A DNA stretch of 60,000 bases from Mobula hypostoma. Its lineage: Eukaryota. Positions 26,432 to 39,984 of this stretch are shown one piece after another. Below the pieces are notes generated by a model that was not told the DNA's origin, made no database searches, and saw nothing but the letters and a program-made list of their open reading frames with translations. The stretch lies in assembly GCF_963921235.1 (NCBI RefSeq), contig NC_086108.1, positions 82,028,001 to 82,088,000 of the forward strand. The letters run 5' to 3'. A program made the translations under genes and the position numbers. The stretch's first letter is position 1. Each line of letters begins with the position of its first letter.

Positions 26432-28094
26432 GCAATTTTATTTTGTGGGGAGAAGAATTTTTCATTCCCCCTGAAAAGAATAAGTATATATATTTAAATA
26501 GACAATTTGTCCTATATTCTAGTTGCTGTTATTTTAGCTCTACAAAATATTTTGCATGCCAGGAGAGTTTGTATCTTCCAAATAACGTTTGGTTTATTAC
26601 CTTGTGAAGCTATTTGTACTTATTGAGAACCTTGTCGTTGTTTTATGTTTATATATTTATTCACAGATACATTCTGATGTGCTGTTTATTTCATGTGCAG
26701 TAATAGCTGCCACCTGTATTTCACATCTTTTTTTTAATTCTTTAATTCCTCTCATTAATCTGTCAATAAGAAGGTTCTATACACATCTAATCACCTTAAT
26801 AATTCTGGCCGCTCCCTATCTGACAGATTCCCTGAACTGGAATTGTAGATCCTACCTCCACCCTCTCTATCACTTTTCACTTTACCTATTCTGATGCAGG
26901 GTCATTGAAACATTGTCTCCATAGGTGCTACCTGACCTGCTGTGAGTGTTCCCAATATTTTCCGTTTTGATCTTGCACTTGAAGCATCTGCAGATTTTTT
27001 TTTTTTCTTTTTGAATGTCAGTCTTTTTGTTTTTGCAGAGCCAAATGAAGAGCAGTTCATTTGGAAGAGTTCCCTCAGGCAAACTAAGATGACCACCTGC
27101 ATGAAACTCAAAATGCTACAGATGGCCCAAATTCACGTGGTCTCTTACTTGAAACGTTAATACTGTCTCAACACTACAGATGCTTAACCGCTACATCCTC
27201 ATTTATAGGGGTCTTGTTGCCTGATAGATCATGAGGTCACAGACCAGTACAGCATCGAATCACGCTCTTCAGCCCTTCAACCACATTACTCGTCTAGCTA
27301 GTCGTAATTTTCTGTGTTTGACCCCCAATCCCTCTAAGCTCCTTCCCTCTCTGTACCTATCCAAGTGCTTCTTAAATGATACTGTTGTACCAGTCTGAAT
27401 AACTTCCTCTGGCAGCTCACTCCATGGACTTGCCACCCTCTCAGTGGAAAGAGTTGCCCCTCAGGTTCCTTTAAATCTTGCTCCTCTTGGCCTGAATCCA
27501 CTTTTGGGCTCTCATACCCTGGGGAAAGGCATTTCCTGCCCAACTTATTTATGCCTCTCGTACTATTAAAGATGTCATTAAGGTTCCTATGGTCCAAAGA
27601 ATAAAGATCTTGCCTGGCCAACTCCTCCCTATAATTCAGGTTCTCTTGCCCCAGCACCATTCTTATAAATCTTTTCTACATTGTTTGCTATAACATGGTG
27701 ATGAAGCCTATACACAGTACTCCAGAGCAGCCTCATCATTGACTCATACAATTGCAACCACATGTCCCAATACCCAGTCTCAGTGCCCTGATTGATAAAG
27801 GCGTACACCTTTTTTTAACATGTTTCTTCTAATCCATTACTTATTCTAAATAGTTACTCTAAAGCAGTGCGTCGTCAGTGATATTCAAAGTTAGCCCAGC
27901 ACATATTCACTGCAGACTCCTCCCATGCTGTCACAACAGGAAGAGTCATAGTTGTACGAATAGAGAAAGGCCCTTCAGTCCATCTGTTTCCATGCTGAAC
28001 AAAGTGGAAACAATTCATTTCCCAGCCCTCGACTCACATCCTTCTCTTGTCGCCCACACAGCTGTTCACATGCTATATGTATCTAGCTAATGTA

Positions 28095-29425
28095 CATAGA
28101 AACAGAGAAAACCTACAGCACAATACAGGCCCTTCGGCCCACAAAGCTGTGCCAAACATGTCCCTGCCTGTGAAATTACCGAGGGTTACCCATAGCCCTC
28201 TATTTTTCTGAGTTCCATATACTTGTCCAGGAGTCTCTTAAAAGACCCTATCGTATCCACCTCCACCACCGTCACCGGCAGCCCATTCCACGCACTCACC
28301 ACTCTCTGCATAAAAAAAACTTACCCCTGATATCTCCTCTGTATGTACTTCCAAGCACCTTAAAACTATGCCTTCCCATGCTAGGCATTTCAGCCCTGGG
28401 AAAAAGCCTCTGACTATCCACACGATCAATGCCTCTCATCATCTCGTACACCTCTATCAGGTAACCTCTCATCCTCCGTCGCTGCAAGGAAAAAAGGCCG
28501 GGTTCACTCAACCTATTCTCATAAGGCATGCTCCCCAATCCAGGCAACATCCTTGTAAATCTCCTCTGCACCCTTTCTATAGTTACCACATCCTTCCTAT
28601 AGTGAGGTGACCAGAACTGAGCACAGTACTCCAAATGGGGTCTGACCAGGGTCCAATATAGCTGCAACATTACCTAAACTCAATCCCACGATTGGTGGAG
28701 GCCAATGCACCTTATGCTTTCTTAACCACAGAGTCAACCTGCGCAGTAGCTTTGAGTGTCCTGTGGACTCGGACCCCAAGATCCCTCTGATCCTCCACAC
28801 TGCCAAGAACCTTACCATTAATATTATATTCTGTCATCATATTTGACCTACCAAAATGAACCACCTCACTCTTATCTGGGTTGAACTCCATCTGCCACAT
28901 CTCAGCCCATTTTTGCATCCTATCAATGTCCCTCTGTATCCTCTGACAGCCCTCCACGTGATCCACAACACCTCCAACGTTTGTGTCATCAGCAGATTTA
29001 CTAACCCATCCCTCCACTTCTTCATCCAGGTCATTTATAAAAATCACGAAGAGTTGGGGTCCCAGAACAGATCCCTGAGGCCCACCACTGGTGATCGACT
29101 TCCATACAGAATATGACCCGTTTATAACCACGCTTTGCCTTCTGTGGGCAAGCCATTTCCGGATCCACAAAGCAATCCCATGCCTCCTTACTTTCTCAAT
29201 AAACCTTGCACGGGGGACCTTGTCAAATGCCTTGCTGAAATTACTAGATTAAGAGATTACTAGACAGGTATATGGAGGAATTTAAGGTGGGGGGTTATAT
29301 GGGAGGCAGGGTTTCAGGGTCGGCACAACATCGTGGGCTGAAGGGCCTGTACTGTGCTGTACTATTCTATGTCCGAAATCCATTTACACTACATCTACTG
29401 CTCTTCGTTCATCAATGTGTTTAGT
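28095..29425 (-). mobile_element. CR1 LINE (RT to 3' tail) with a short inserted + strand CR1 tail (about 29240-29370)
   Basis: PQGSVLGPQLFVIFINDL, SADDTNV, RPHLEYCAQFWSP. Confidence 0.9.
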
Positions 29426-30884
29426 ACCGGTCTCAATCACTTTCCCTGGCAGCTATTTCCATATCTACCACCCATTGTGCAAAAGAAATAAAAATTACCC
29501 CTCCAAGTGCTTTCGATTCCCAATCTTGGAAAATAGTCTCCTCATCCTATTAGTGTCACTCATGCTTTTGTATCCCTCCTGTGAGATCAGCCCTCAGAAT
29601 CACACACTCCAAAGAGTAAAGGCCCAGTCTGTCTTGCCTTTCCCTGTAGCTCAGTCCCTCAAGTTCAAGATATAAGCTGCTTCTCCAAGGTGCATCCAGC
29701 AGGAGGCTGATGCCCTGATTTTTCTATCTGAATATTATGCCATAACCTCAAGACTTTGTCAGCGCAGTTACTTGTAACAGTCACATCAGGTAGAGTAGTG
29801 TTACATGCACACACACTCCTCTCAGGGCCTGACAGGGCAACTGAGCAACATCTCTACACAGAGCATTCTTGGGTAGTGTTTCAGGATGTAACAAAGGAAC
29901 ATCTCTATTGATATACTGTAAATGGGAAATACATCGTGCTGCAATTTAGTTTATAAACCTTTTACCCAATAAGCCTGCATAATATTTACACAGCAACCAG
30001 CCTGACTTTTCTAATCAGCAAACCTCCTAAAGGATGGAATTTTGATAAGAAAAAACAAAATCTATATCTTATTAGCAAGCGCATGATTACAGAAAAACCA
30101 AGGCAAGCCTCTTACAGAAAAAAAATAGGTATTAATGATTGTAAGTCCTGGGTTATATTTCAGAATCAGGTTTAATATCACCGGCATATCTCATGAAATT
30201 TATTAACTTAGTGGCAGCAGTAAAATGCATGACATGATAATATAGAAAAAAATAAATCAATTACAGTAAGCATATATGTATATTAAATAGCTAAATTAAA
30301 AATAGTGTAAAAACAGAACTAATTTTTTAAAAACTTCTACATAGTTAGACCTGAGCCAAATAGTTTGGCCCTTCAGTTCCTTGACTCTGCTGTCAGATCA
30401 AGTTGTTTCTGAGGCAAGAAAAGGAGACAGTAAGGTTCCTCTGAATCAGAATCAGAAGTTTTATTATCACTGACATGTCATGAAATCTGTTGTTTTGTGG
30501 CAGCAATACAGTGCAATTCATAAAATATTTTAAAAATTAAATAGGTAGTGCAAAAATAGCAAGGTCACTTTCATGGGATCATTGTCTATTCGGAAACATT
30601 AACGGTAGAGGGGAAGGAACAAACTGTTCCTAAAATGTTGATTGTGTGTTTTCAGCCTCTTGCACCTCATCTTTGATCGTAGTGATGAGAAGAGGACATC
30701 TCCTGGCTGGTAGGGGTTAGGTGTCACCTTTTGAAGATGTTTTCGATATTGAGCAGGTTTCTACAAGTCAAAGGAGATAAAGGGGCATTTAGACTAAAAT
30801 TTTTGTTTTTGTCCTAATTTTGAGGAAGATGCTATATATTTTGGTTAATATATAACTAGATTTCATTTGTACATTATATGTCAT

Positions 30885-31550
30885 TAGAGTCATAGAATAC
30901 TACAGCACAGAAACAGGCCCTTCAGCCCATTTCATGTGTGACAGACCATTAATCTGTCCAGTCCCATCCACCTGCACCCAGACCATAGCCCTCCATACCC
31001 TTCTCATCCATGTACCTAGCTGAATTTATCTTAAAGTTGAAATCAACCTCACGTCTACCACTTGTGCTGGCAGCTCATTCCACGCTCTGACAATTTTCAG
31101 AGTGAAGCAGTTACCTCTCGTGTTCCCCTTAAACATTTCACCTTTCATCCTTAACCCATGACCTCCAGTTGAGTTCTTACCCAGCCTCAGGTGAAAAAGC
31201 CTGCTTGCATTTACCTATCCCCACCCCTCATAATTTTGTATACCTGTACCTCTATCAAATCTCCCCTCAATCTTCTATGTTCCAGGGAATAAAGTCCTAA
31301 CTATTCAACTTTTCCCTTTAACTCAGGTCCTCAAGTCCTGGCAACATCCTTGTAAATTTTCTCTGTGCTCTTTCAATCTTATCTACATCTTTCTGATAGG
31401 TAGTTGACCAAACTGCAGACAATACTCCAAGTTAGGTCTCACTAACGTCTTATACAATTTCAACAGATCATCTCACTCCTGTATTCAATGCAATGATTAA
31501 TGAAAGGCAATGTGCCAAAAGTTTATTTTTATGATCTTATCTACCTGTGC
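30885..31550 (-). mobile_element. CR1 3' fragment (similar old tails at about 22960-23200, 27230-27810 and 54172-54680)
   Basis: catagaatactacagcacagaaacaggccc tail; reverse-complement RT C-terminus. Confidence 0.7.
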
Positions 31551-32899
31551 CAATTGGCTGATTAACTTACATATATTTTAGTCATAGAAGGATTTGAAGT
31601 ATTTTAAAGGAATTTTTAACATTCTCTGATCATGAAGAGAAGAGTGTGCAGGGGATGCAATAAAATAGCTTCATTTCTAGCCAATCGGCTATTTTACTCA
31701 TTTAGCTTTTAACCATGAATCAGATTTCCACTGGACAAGCGAAAACCTCAATTGTCAATACTAGTAAGGACCTCTAGAGTAGAGTTCAAGGTGAACATTC
31801 ATTGGTGTCATCAGAAGGGGCAGGAACATCCCTCTAGGACCAATACAAGAGCAGCATAGGCTTGTGTTTCTCCTTCCTCCATCCTGCCAGCAAACCCCTC
31901 ACACGAGACACGACACCCATTGTGGAATGCTTGTGTTGCTGGCAGATAACTGGTGCCCACTTTTCACCTTCCCCTGCTGGACGAGTGTCATTTTCTGTCA
32001 GAAGCTGCAAGGCTTTGATGAAACCAGACAGTCTAAAAACCTGTTAGGTAGCTAACCTGCACACCTCGAAGATTGTTGTTTCTTTTCTCTCTCTTACAAT
32101 GGGTCCAAATTGGCCCTCATGGTATCAAAGCTCAGACAACACCACTTGCACATTGGGATACATGCCAAGTAGCAACAGGCAAAGATTCAATTTATTTTCC
32201 TGTGTTTCAGTCATTTGTTATTAAAGTGGATATGATATAAACGGATCTGAGTCAAATGTTGTAAGCCTTGTGTCTGACTCCTTGAATGACTGATGGATGA
32301 GCTGTCCATGTTCACTTTGTACACGGCACTGAGAACAGTCTGTCTAAGTGCATCCTCCTGAAAGGACATTTGCTGTTTTCAGTACAAATGGTTGCCTCTG
32401 CTGAAAGCCTGTGACAGATAGCAAACGCCCACTCCCAGAATCTAAGATGTTTAGGTTTTAAACCTAACAAAAATACTGAGATCTCCAGTGATATACAGTA
32501 GAGAAAAATGACACTGTTAGCACTTCCCTCAGACTTTGAACCAAAGAATTAATTAAGAATACCAAGTTTTATTTTGAGTTTACTTGGTTAAAATTAACAG
32601 TTATGAAGACCACATCCTTTCCATATTCCCAGTTTTAGTCCAGCTCTCATTGCCATGCCTTCATTGCTTTTGCACCAGTTATACTGTGTTACAGTGTTGG
32701 ATACCGTGCACAGGAGCTGCCCCATCTGAGACAGCCTGAAGTAATCTGGTACACACCTCGCTGTTAATCCAGTTAATCACTGAAATAGGGAAGAAAATCC
32801 ACTCACTCAAGCACAATGTGGTGATTGAAGATATTTCATAAAGTATTTTGATAAATATGGGTAGAAGGTACACATGTCAAGATTGCTTCAATGCTAAGA

Positions 32900-34265
32900 T
32901 TGCTTAGGACAAGTCCGACCCAGCCAATTACTGCCCTATTATCCTACTCTCAATCATGAGCAAAGTAATGGAAAGGCTCATCAACAGTGCTATCATGCAA
33001 CATCTACTCGGCAATAACCTGATTACGGATGCCAGTTTGGGTTCTGCCAAGGCCACTCAGCTCCTGACCAAACATGGACCAAAGAGCTAAATACCAGAGG
33101 TGAGGTGAGAGTGACAGCCCTCAACATCAAGGCAGCATTTGACTGAATATGGCATCAAGGTGTCCTAACGAAAATGGAGTAAATGGAAATTAGGAGGAAA
33201 GCCCTCTGCTGTTTGGAATCATACCTGACAGAAAGGAAGATGGTTGTGATGGTTAGAGGTCAATCATCTCATCCTCAGGACATCAGTGCAGGAGTTCTTC
33301 AGGGAAGTGTCCTAGGACCAACCATCTTCAGCTGCTTCATCAATGACCTTCCTTCCATCATAAGGTCAGAAGTGGGAATATTCGCAGGTATCTGTATAAT
33401 GTTCTGCACCATTTGTGACTTCTCAGATAGTGAAGCAGTTCATACCCAAATGCAGCAGGATCTGGACAATATCCAGGCTTGGGCTGACAAGTGACAAGTA
33501 ACTTTTGAGCCACATAAGTGCCAGGCAATGTCTAACTTCAACAAGAGAGGTTCTAACCATCGTCCCTTGACATTCAGTAGTATCACCATCTCTGAATCCC
33601 CTACTATCAACATCCTGGGGGTTATCATTGACAGGAAACTGAACTGGTCTGGCCATATAAACTCCATGGCTACCAGAGCAGGTCAAAGGCTAGAAATCCT
33701 GTGGCGTGTAACTCACCTCCTGACTCCCCAAAGCCCGTCCACCATCTACAATGCTCAGGTCAGGAGCGTAATAGAATACTCACCACTCGCCTGGATGAAT
33801 GCAGCTCCATCAACACTCAAGAAGCTTAACACCATCCAGTACAAGGCATCCCACTTGACTGGTACCCCTTCCACAAGCATCCACTCCCTCCACTATTGAC
33901 AAACAGTTGCAGCAGTGTGCACTATCTACAAGATGCATTGCAACAACACACCAAAGTTCTTAGGCAACTTCCAGACCCACAACCACTACCATCTCAAAGG
34001 ATGAGAATAGCAGATACCTGGGAACACCACCACATGGAAATCCCCCTCCAAGTCATTCACCATCCTGACTTAGAAAGATATCACCATTCCTTCACTGTCG
34101 CTGAGTCAAAATCATGGAATTCCCTCCCTAACAGCACTGTGGGTGTACCTACACCTCAGGGACTGCAGGTTCAAGAAGGCAGCTCATCACCACCTGCCCA
34201 AGGGCAACTAGAATGGGCAATAGAGGCTGGCTCAGCTGGTGATGCCCACATCGCGTAAATGAATA
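32900..34265 (+). mobile_element. CR1-like LINE (RT to 3' end), degenerate
   Basis: NYCPI, QGSVLGPTIFSCFINDL, MQQDLDNIQAWAD, YNAQVRSVIEYS; gtaaatgaat tail. Confidence 0.85.
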
Positions 34266-35214
34266 CATTTTTAAAAACTTCCAAAATAAAAATGGACACA
34301 GGAATTTGTAGGAAAAATTATTGATGCAAAATGCAACAATTCCTCATCTTGGGTAACATCCCCATAAAGCTGTGCTAGTTTTTGCATGGTTCTTGCCTGC
34401 ATCCCTTTTAAATAAGACCCTACACCACAGAGGCCATCTTGGGTTTTGAAGCCAATTTGCCTCAATGTAAAGAAGCAAGAATTCAGTTTCTCTTCAGCAA
34501 TCTTATCCACATTATATAATGTTAATCTGCATTCTTCTATTTATTAAAACATTCAAGTTAGTCTTCCTTGTCTTTGCATCAAATGTGGATAATTTCAGAT
34601 TTTTTTTGCAATATATTCTGATTATTAACCGTCTGTCTATCCTACCAACAAATGGTCCTCCAGCATGTTTTCATCCTTCTCATTACAATCCCTCCTGGTG
34701 ATTTGCTGTCAACGGATTCTGTGACTCCTTAAATTCAGAAACACCCGTATTGCTCATTAGCACCTATAGAACCACTTTCCGTATACCAACAGTGAATCAA
34801 AATGTACACTTTCCAAAATGGTGATCCAACAACTGAAAGTTGGGTTACAGGGAGGGGGAGAACATAATGGCTCAGAATTAAGGTAAATCAAAATTCTAAA
34901 CTTGCAGTAACAGCTCAACAACACGTAGGTGCTGCTGTAAGCTAAAGCTGTACTGGGATACAGCTCTGGAAAATGATTGACTGTCAAAAATACAATTAGC
35001 TCAGTAGTACATTCTGTAATTACTTCAATATAAATTGGTGTTAATGCATTTATTTCAGTTTAATGAAAAGTGATGGGCAAAGCATCTGCTGGTCACGTGT
35101 CTAATCTTTCACCTTTAAATGTATTAAAGTCACTTCAGGAACTTTAGCTTGGGCAGGAAATATTTTTCAACTTTGAGGATCACAAAGGGTCAATGTAACA
35201 TTTAAAATCTTTTG

Positions 35215-36463
35215 AAGTTTGCTGATGACACCACTGTTGTTGGCCAAAACAATGGTGCTAATGAATCAGCGTATAGGAAGGAGATTGAAAATCTGTCTGA
35301 GTGGTGCCACAATAACAACCTCTCACTCAATGTCAGCAAGATCTAAGGAGCTGATTATTGTCTTCAGCAGGAGAAAACCAGAGGTCCACGAGCCAGTCCT
35401 CATCAGGGGATCAGAAGTAGAGAGGGTCAGCAACTTTAACTTCCTCGGTGTTCATTTCAGAGGACCGTCCCTGTGCCCAGCAACTGCAATTGTGAAGAAA
35501 GCACAGCAATGCCTCTATTTCCTTTGAAGTTTGCGAAGATTTGGCATGACATCTAAAATTTAAAAAGAATAGTGGATGTGGCCCAGTCCATTGTGGGTAA
35601 AGTCCTCCCCACCATTGACCACATCTACACGGAGTGGTGTCATGGGAAAGCAGCAACCATCATCAGTGACCACCCCCCACCCCACCTCCTACCCAGGCCA
35701 TGAATTCTTACAGGAGCGTCAGGACTAACACTGCCACTACCCCTCAACCACAGGCTCTTGAACCCAAGGGGATAACTTCACTTGCCCCCTTTCCCCTTCA
35801 CTGAACTGTTCCTACAACCCACGGACTCACTTTTAAAGACTCTTCACTTTATTTTCTCGATATTTCCCCTTATTTATTTATTTATTTGTTTGTTTGCTTT
35901 TCTTTTGTATTTGCATAGTTTGTCTTTTGCGCACTAGTTGTCCGCCCTGTAGGGTGTGGTCTTTCGTTGATTCTATTATGGCTATTGGGTATACTGAGTA
36001 TACCACAAAACAAACACATCTCAGGGTTGTATATGGTGATATATACGTACTCTGATAATAAATCTCAGGGCTGTATATGGTGATATATGCGTGCTCTGAT
36101 AATAAACAAATCTCAGGGTTGTATATGGTGATATATACGTACTCTGATAATAAACAAATCTCAGGGTTGTATATGGTGATATATACGTACTCTGATAATA
36201 AACAAATCTCAGGGTTGTATATGGTGATATATATGAACTCTGATAATAAACAAATCTCAGGGCTGTATATGGTGATATATACATACTCTGATAATAAACA
36301 AGTCTCAGGTCTGTATATGGTGATATATATGTACTCTGATAATAAACAAATCTCAGGGTTGTATATGGTGATATATATGTACTCTGATAATACACAAATC
36401 TCAGGGCTGTATATGGTGATATGTATGTACTTTAATAATCAGTTTACTCAGAACTTTGAACTT
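35215..36463 (+). mobile_element. Rex1/Babar LINE 3' part containing the 48-bp minisatellite
   Basis: KFADDTT start, ERVSNFNFLG, KKAQQCLYFL; gaactttgaacttt tail. Confidence 0.8.
36012..36440. repeat. Minisatellite, about 9 copies of a 48-bp unit
   Basis: Unit aaacaaatctcagggttgtatatggtgatatatacgtactctgataat; tcagg at 36021, 36065, 36113, 36161, 36209, 36257, 36305, 36353, 36401. Confidence 0.97.
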
Positions 36464-38396
36464 TATTTCCATCGTCAAAAATACAAACTACTGATATTGT
36501 ATTTTGCTATTCTGATTGAGGATTTTTATGTGTCAGGTATTTTAAAAACATCCCATTCAAAGGGGGTGGAATTCAGTGAATGGAAATTAGACTGAAGTAA
36601 TTACGAATTGTGTGGGGTTTAATATCTGTTTCATCATGGCTATATTAGTGGAAGTGATTTACAGTTTTGAAATGTTAAGGAACAGAACGGTATGATTAAT
36701 GTTATTATGTATGGGACACAGAGCCAAATGACACATTTCTGTGTTGTAATTTCAATTTAATTCTCTCTGATTGTTAAACTGACGAAGTATTGCTTCTGCC
36801 AGATTTGTTCTGTACACTTCTATATAGTGTACTGTATTTGTCGATGTGGGGCAGAGAGGGAGTTTGTAAATCTGGCGGGAGCAAAGCATGTTGGGAATGG
36901 TAAGGGAGGAGGGGTGGGGGACAGGTGGCACAGGAGTGCTGGGGCGGGGGTGCTATGGGTGCAGACACACTCAGCCCTGAGACACCAGGCAAGGTCATTT
37001 GATTCCAAACAATTTGTCTATTGATCACTACAGCATGTCTTTCAGATGCTTCCTGCTCCCTCCCCTCTTCCTGCCCCCTTCCCACTCACTCCACAAGAGA
37101 GACCCATATCCAAATTAAGTTTATCATCACTCACACATGTCATGAAATTTGGGGTTTTTTTTGCATAGCTTTACAGTGCAATACATAAAATTACTACAGT
37201 GCTGTGCAAAAGTCTTGCTATATATATGTGCCCAAGGCCTTTGCACACTGTTGTAGGTAGTCTTCTGTACACCTGAGTGGTTACTTTACTAAATGACTAT
37301 CATCAGGTACTCTTTTGTGCTGGCTGGGAGGAGCTGACCATTGGGCAAGGACCCAGAATACCTCCAGTGCCATGAGGGAGTGAATAGTGAAAAACAAAAA
37401 ATAAAAATGTTTTTGAAACACATCATCAACCTTAAATTCAAAGGTAACCTCAAAAGCACTTAGACTAGCCTGCAAAATCACGTGCTCTTCTGAGCAAGTT
37501 CTTTTATTTTCTGTGATATTTTCGGAATGTGTTTCACAACCAATTCTTTCTACAAGGTGGAGAGGTTTTACCATGCCTGACAGTGGGGAGGGGAATTCCC
37601 TAGGAGCAAACGTGTTCCAGAAAAACATCAGACACAAAATAAAGCTTGCAGCGTGCTACATACAACCTGGGTCCTGGCTTCAGAAGAAATATTCACACAC
37701 TTGAGTGGGTTGTTCGAAACTCACTTTAATTGTCTAATTAACCTGCGACCTTGCACTAGCCAGGAGGAAATTAAACACAGGATATTTGCTCGGGCTCACA
37801 GCACTGTTTGTTGTGCAGGTGAACAAGCACGATTGAAACTCATTAAGTTATGTAGTGGAATTGATAAGCAATCAAGCTCACATGTAACCTTGTGATGAAC
37901 TTATCACATAGAAATGTTAACGTTAATAATCTGATACTTTGTGATACTACCTGTGAGGGAATGACAATGTCGTTGGTGTGTATATGTATTGTGTTTCTTG
38001 TGACCGATTGAGGCAAATGCATTAATGACACTGGGACGTGTGAGTTTTCAATGATGATGGTACAGAGAATGTTAGAATGGGAGTGAAAATCAGAACACTG
38101 CAGATGCGGGAAATTTGAAATAGAAATAGAAAATGCTGAAAGCAGTCAGCAGGTCAGGCAGCCTCAGAGGAAAAATAAAATAGGGCTAATATTTCAGGTG
38201 AAGATCCCTTTCTTGGGACCGGGAAGGAGAGGGAACGTTGGATTTGAGACACTGAAGGACTGAAGGAGGAAAGGGTTGGGCAAAGGTAATGTCTCAGTTA
38301 TGGCGAGGCCCAGCTAGGTTGTGAATGAGATATTCTAGTTTATCATTGGGGCAGTTAGAGAGAGAACGTCTGAACAAAGGAACATAAAAATGAAAT

Positions 38397-39050
38397 TAGA
38401 TTATGAGGACACTCAGTCCTCGTTTATTGTCATTTAGAAATGCATGCATTAAAAAAATGATACAATGTTCCTCCAGAGTGATATCACAGAAACACAGGAC
38501 AAACCAACACTAAAACTGACAAAACCACATAATTATAACATATAATTACAACAGTGCCAAGCAATACTGCCATTTGATAAAGAGCAGACCATGGGCATGG
38601 TTAGAAAAACGTCTCAAAGTCCTGATAGCCCCATCATCTCACGCAGACAGTAGAAGGGAGAAACTCTCCCTGCCATGAACCTCCAAGCGCCGCAAACTTG
38701 CCGATGCAGCACCATTGGAAGCACCCGACCACAGCGGACTCTGAGTCCATCCGAAAACTTCTAGCCTCCGACCAGCCCCTCCAACACAGCCTCTCCGAGC
38801 ACCATCCTCTGCCGAGCGCTTCGACCCTGCCCCGGCCGCCGAGCAACAAGTCAAAGCCGAGGACTCGGGGCCTTCCCCTCCGGAGATTCTGGACCACACA
38901 GTAGCAGCAGCAGCAAAGCAGGCATTTCAGAAGTTTCACCAGATGTTCCTCCGTGCTCTCACGTCTGTCTCCATCAAATCAGGATTGTGCACGGCACCCT
39001 ACTTGACAGATGACAGATGGCGAGCTGCGTCGCGCCGCCATCTTCTCCTC
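38397..39050 (-). mobile_element. Non-autonomous, CpG-rich retroposon with a Rex-type tail
   Basis: 5' GAGAAGATGGCGGCGCG head; 3' aaatgacaataaacgagg...(taatc) tail; no RT remnant. Confidence 0.65.
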
Positions 39051-39984
39051 TGCTCCTCAGCCAAGGATCAAGAATGCAAACCAATAAATTTAAAAATTGC
39101 AAATTGCAGTCATGTAGAACATGCCCAGCAAGTCAGGTCGTGCTGATGGAGAGATAAAAACCAAACGATTATCATAGATTGATTGGTTATGTTTGATACA
39201 GACAGAAAAGGTGAGTTACCTGAAGTTGTCAAATTTGATATTGAAGCTGGAAAACAACATTTTGTACAGATGGGAAACAAGCTGTGGTTCCTCAAGACTA
39301 TATTGGAATTGGTTTATTACTCTCACATGTAACAAGGTACTCTTGTATGCTGTTCATACAGATCAAATCATTACACAGCACATTATTAGAACAGTGCAGG
39401 AGATCACAGACAGTTTGACTAGGATGGAGAATTAAAGAAGCAGCAAACAGGAAATTCAGGATCACCCACTTCCCTCCCCCCACCCCCCTCCTGTGCACTG
39501 AATGCAGGTGTTCTGCAAAACAGTCACAAAATATGCTTTTCTATTGTCAAGAAGACCCCACTGTGAAATGTGACACTAGTTGGATAGTATCCAAAATCTG
39601 GTAATGATACTATGGTCTGGACTGATCTCTTTCTGTGCTCTCTGAGCCTAATTCACTTTTTAGACCACAAGATATTGGAGTGTTTTTGGAGTGTTACAAG
39701 TGTAATGTAAAAATAAAATTTATACAGTGTTAATCTTGTCTGACACTTATATGTTTTTGGCAAATACTTTTGGTGCATCAATATTACAGTGTAATCTGGA
39801 GCTCTTCACTCCATAGAAGAGTATTGGAGTTATACAGCATGGAAACAGGCCTTTGGTCCAACCAAGGAGCCTTCCTGAGCTAAGTCTCATTTGCCCTCAT
39901 TTGCTTGTATCTTTGTAAATACTCGGCGTTTAATACAATCATCCTTCAGGAGCTGGTGGGCAAACTGTCCTCATTGGATTGGGT

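Noticed and set aside
27039..27160. Alternative terminal exon of the SLC16 gene
   Set aside because: An acceptor-like site is present, but it would replace TM12 with a non-membrane peptide and abuts a Penelope remnant
36012..36440. CRISPR-like array, or a repeat-protein gene (ORFs 36077-36595 + and 36021-36395 -)
   Set aside because: Units are head-to-tail with no unique spacers, there are no cas genes, and the context is a vertebrate LINE 3' UTR
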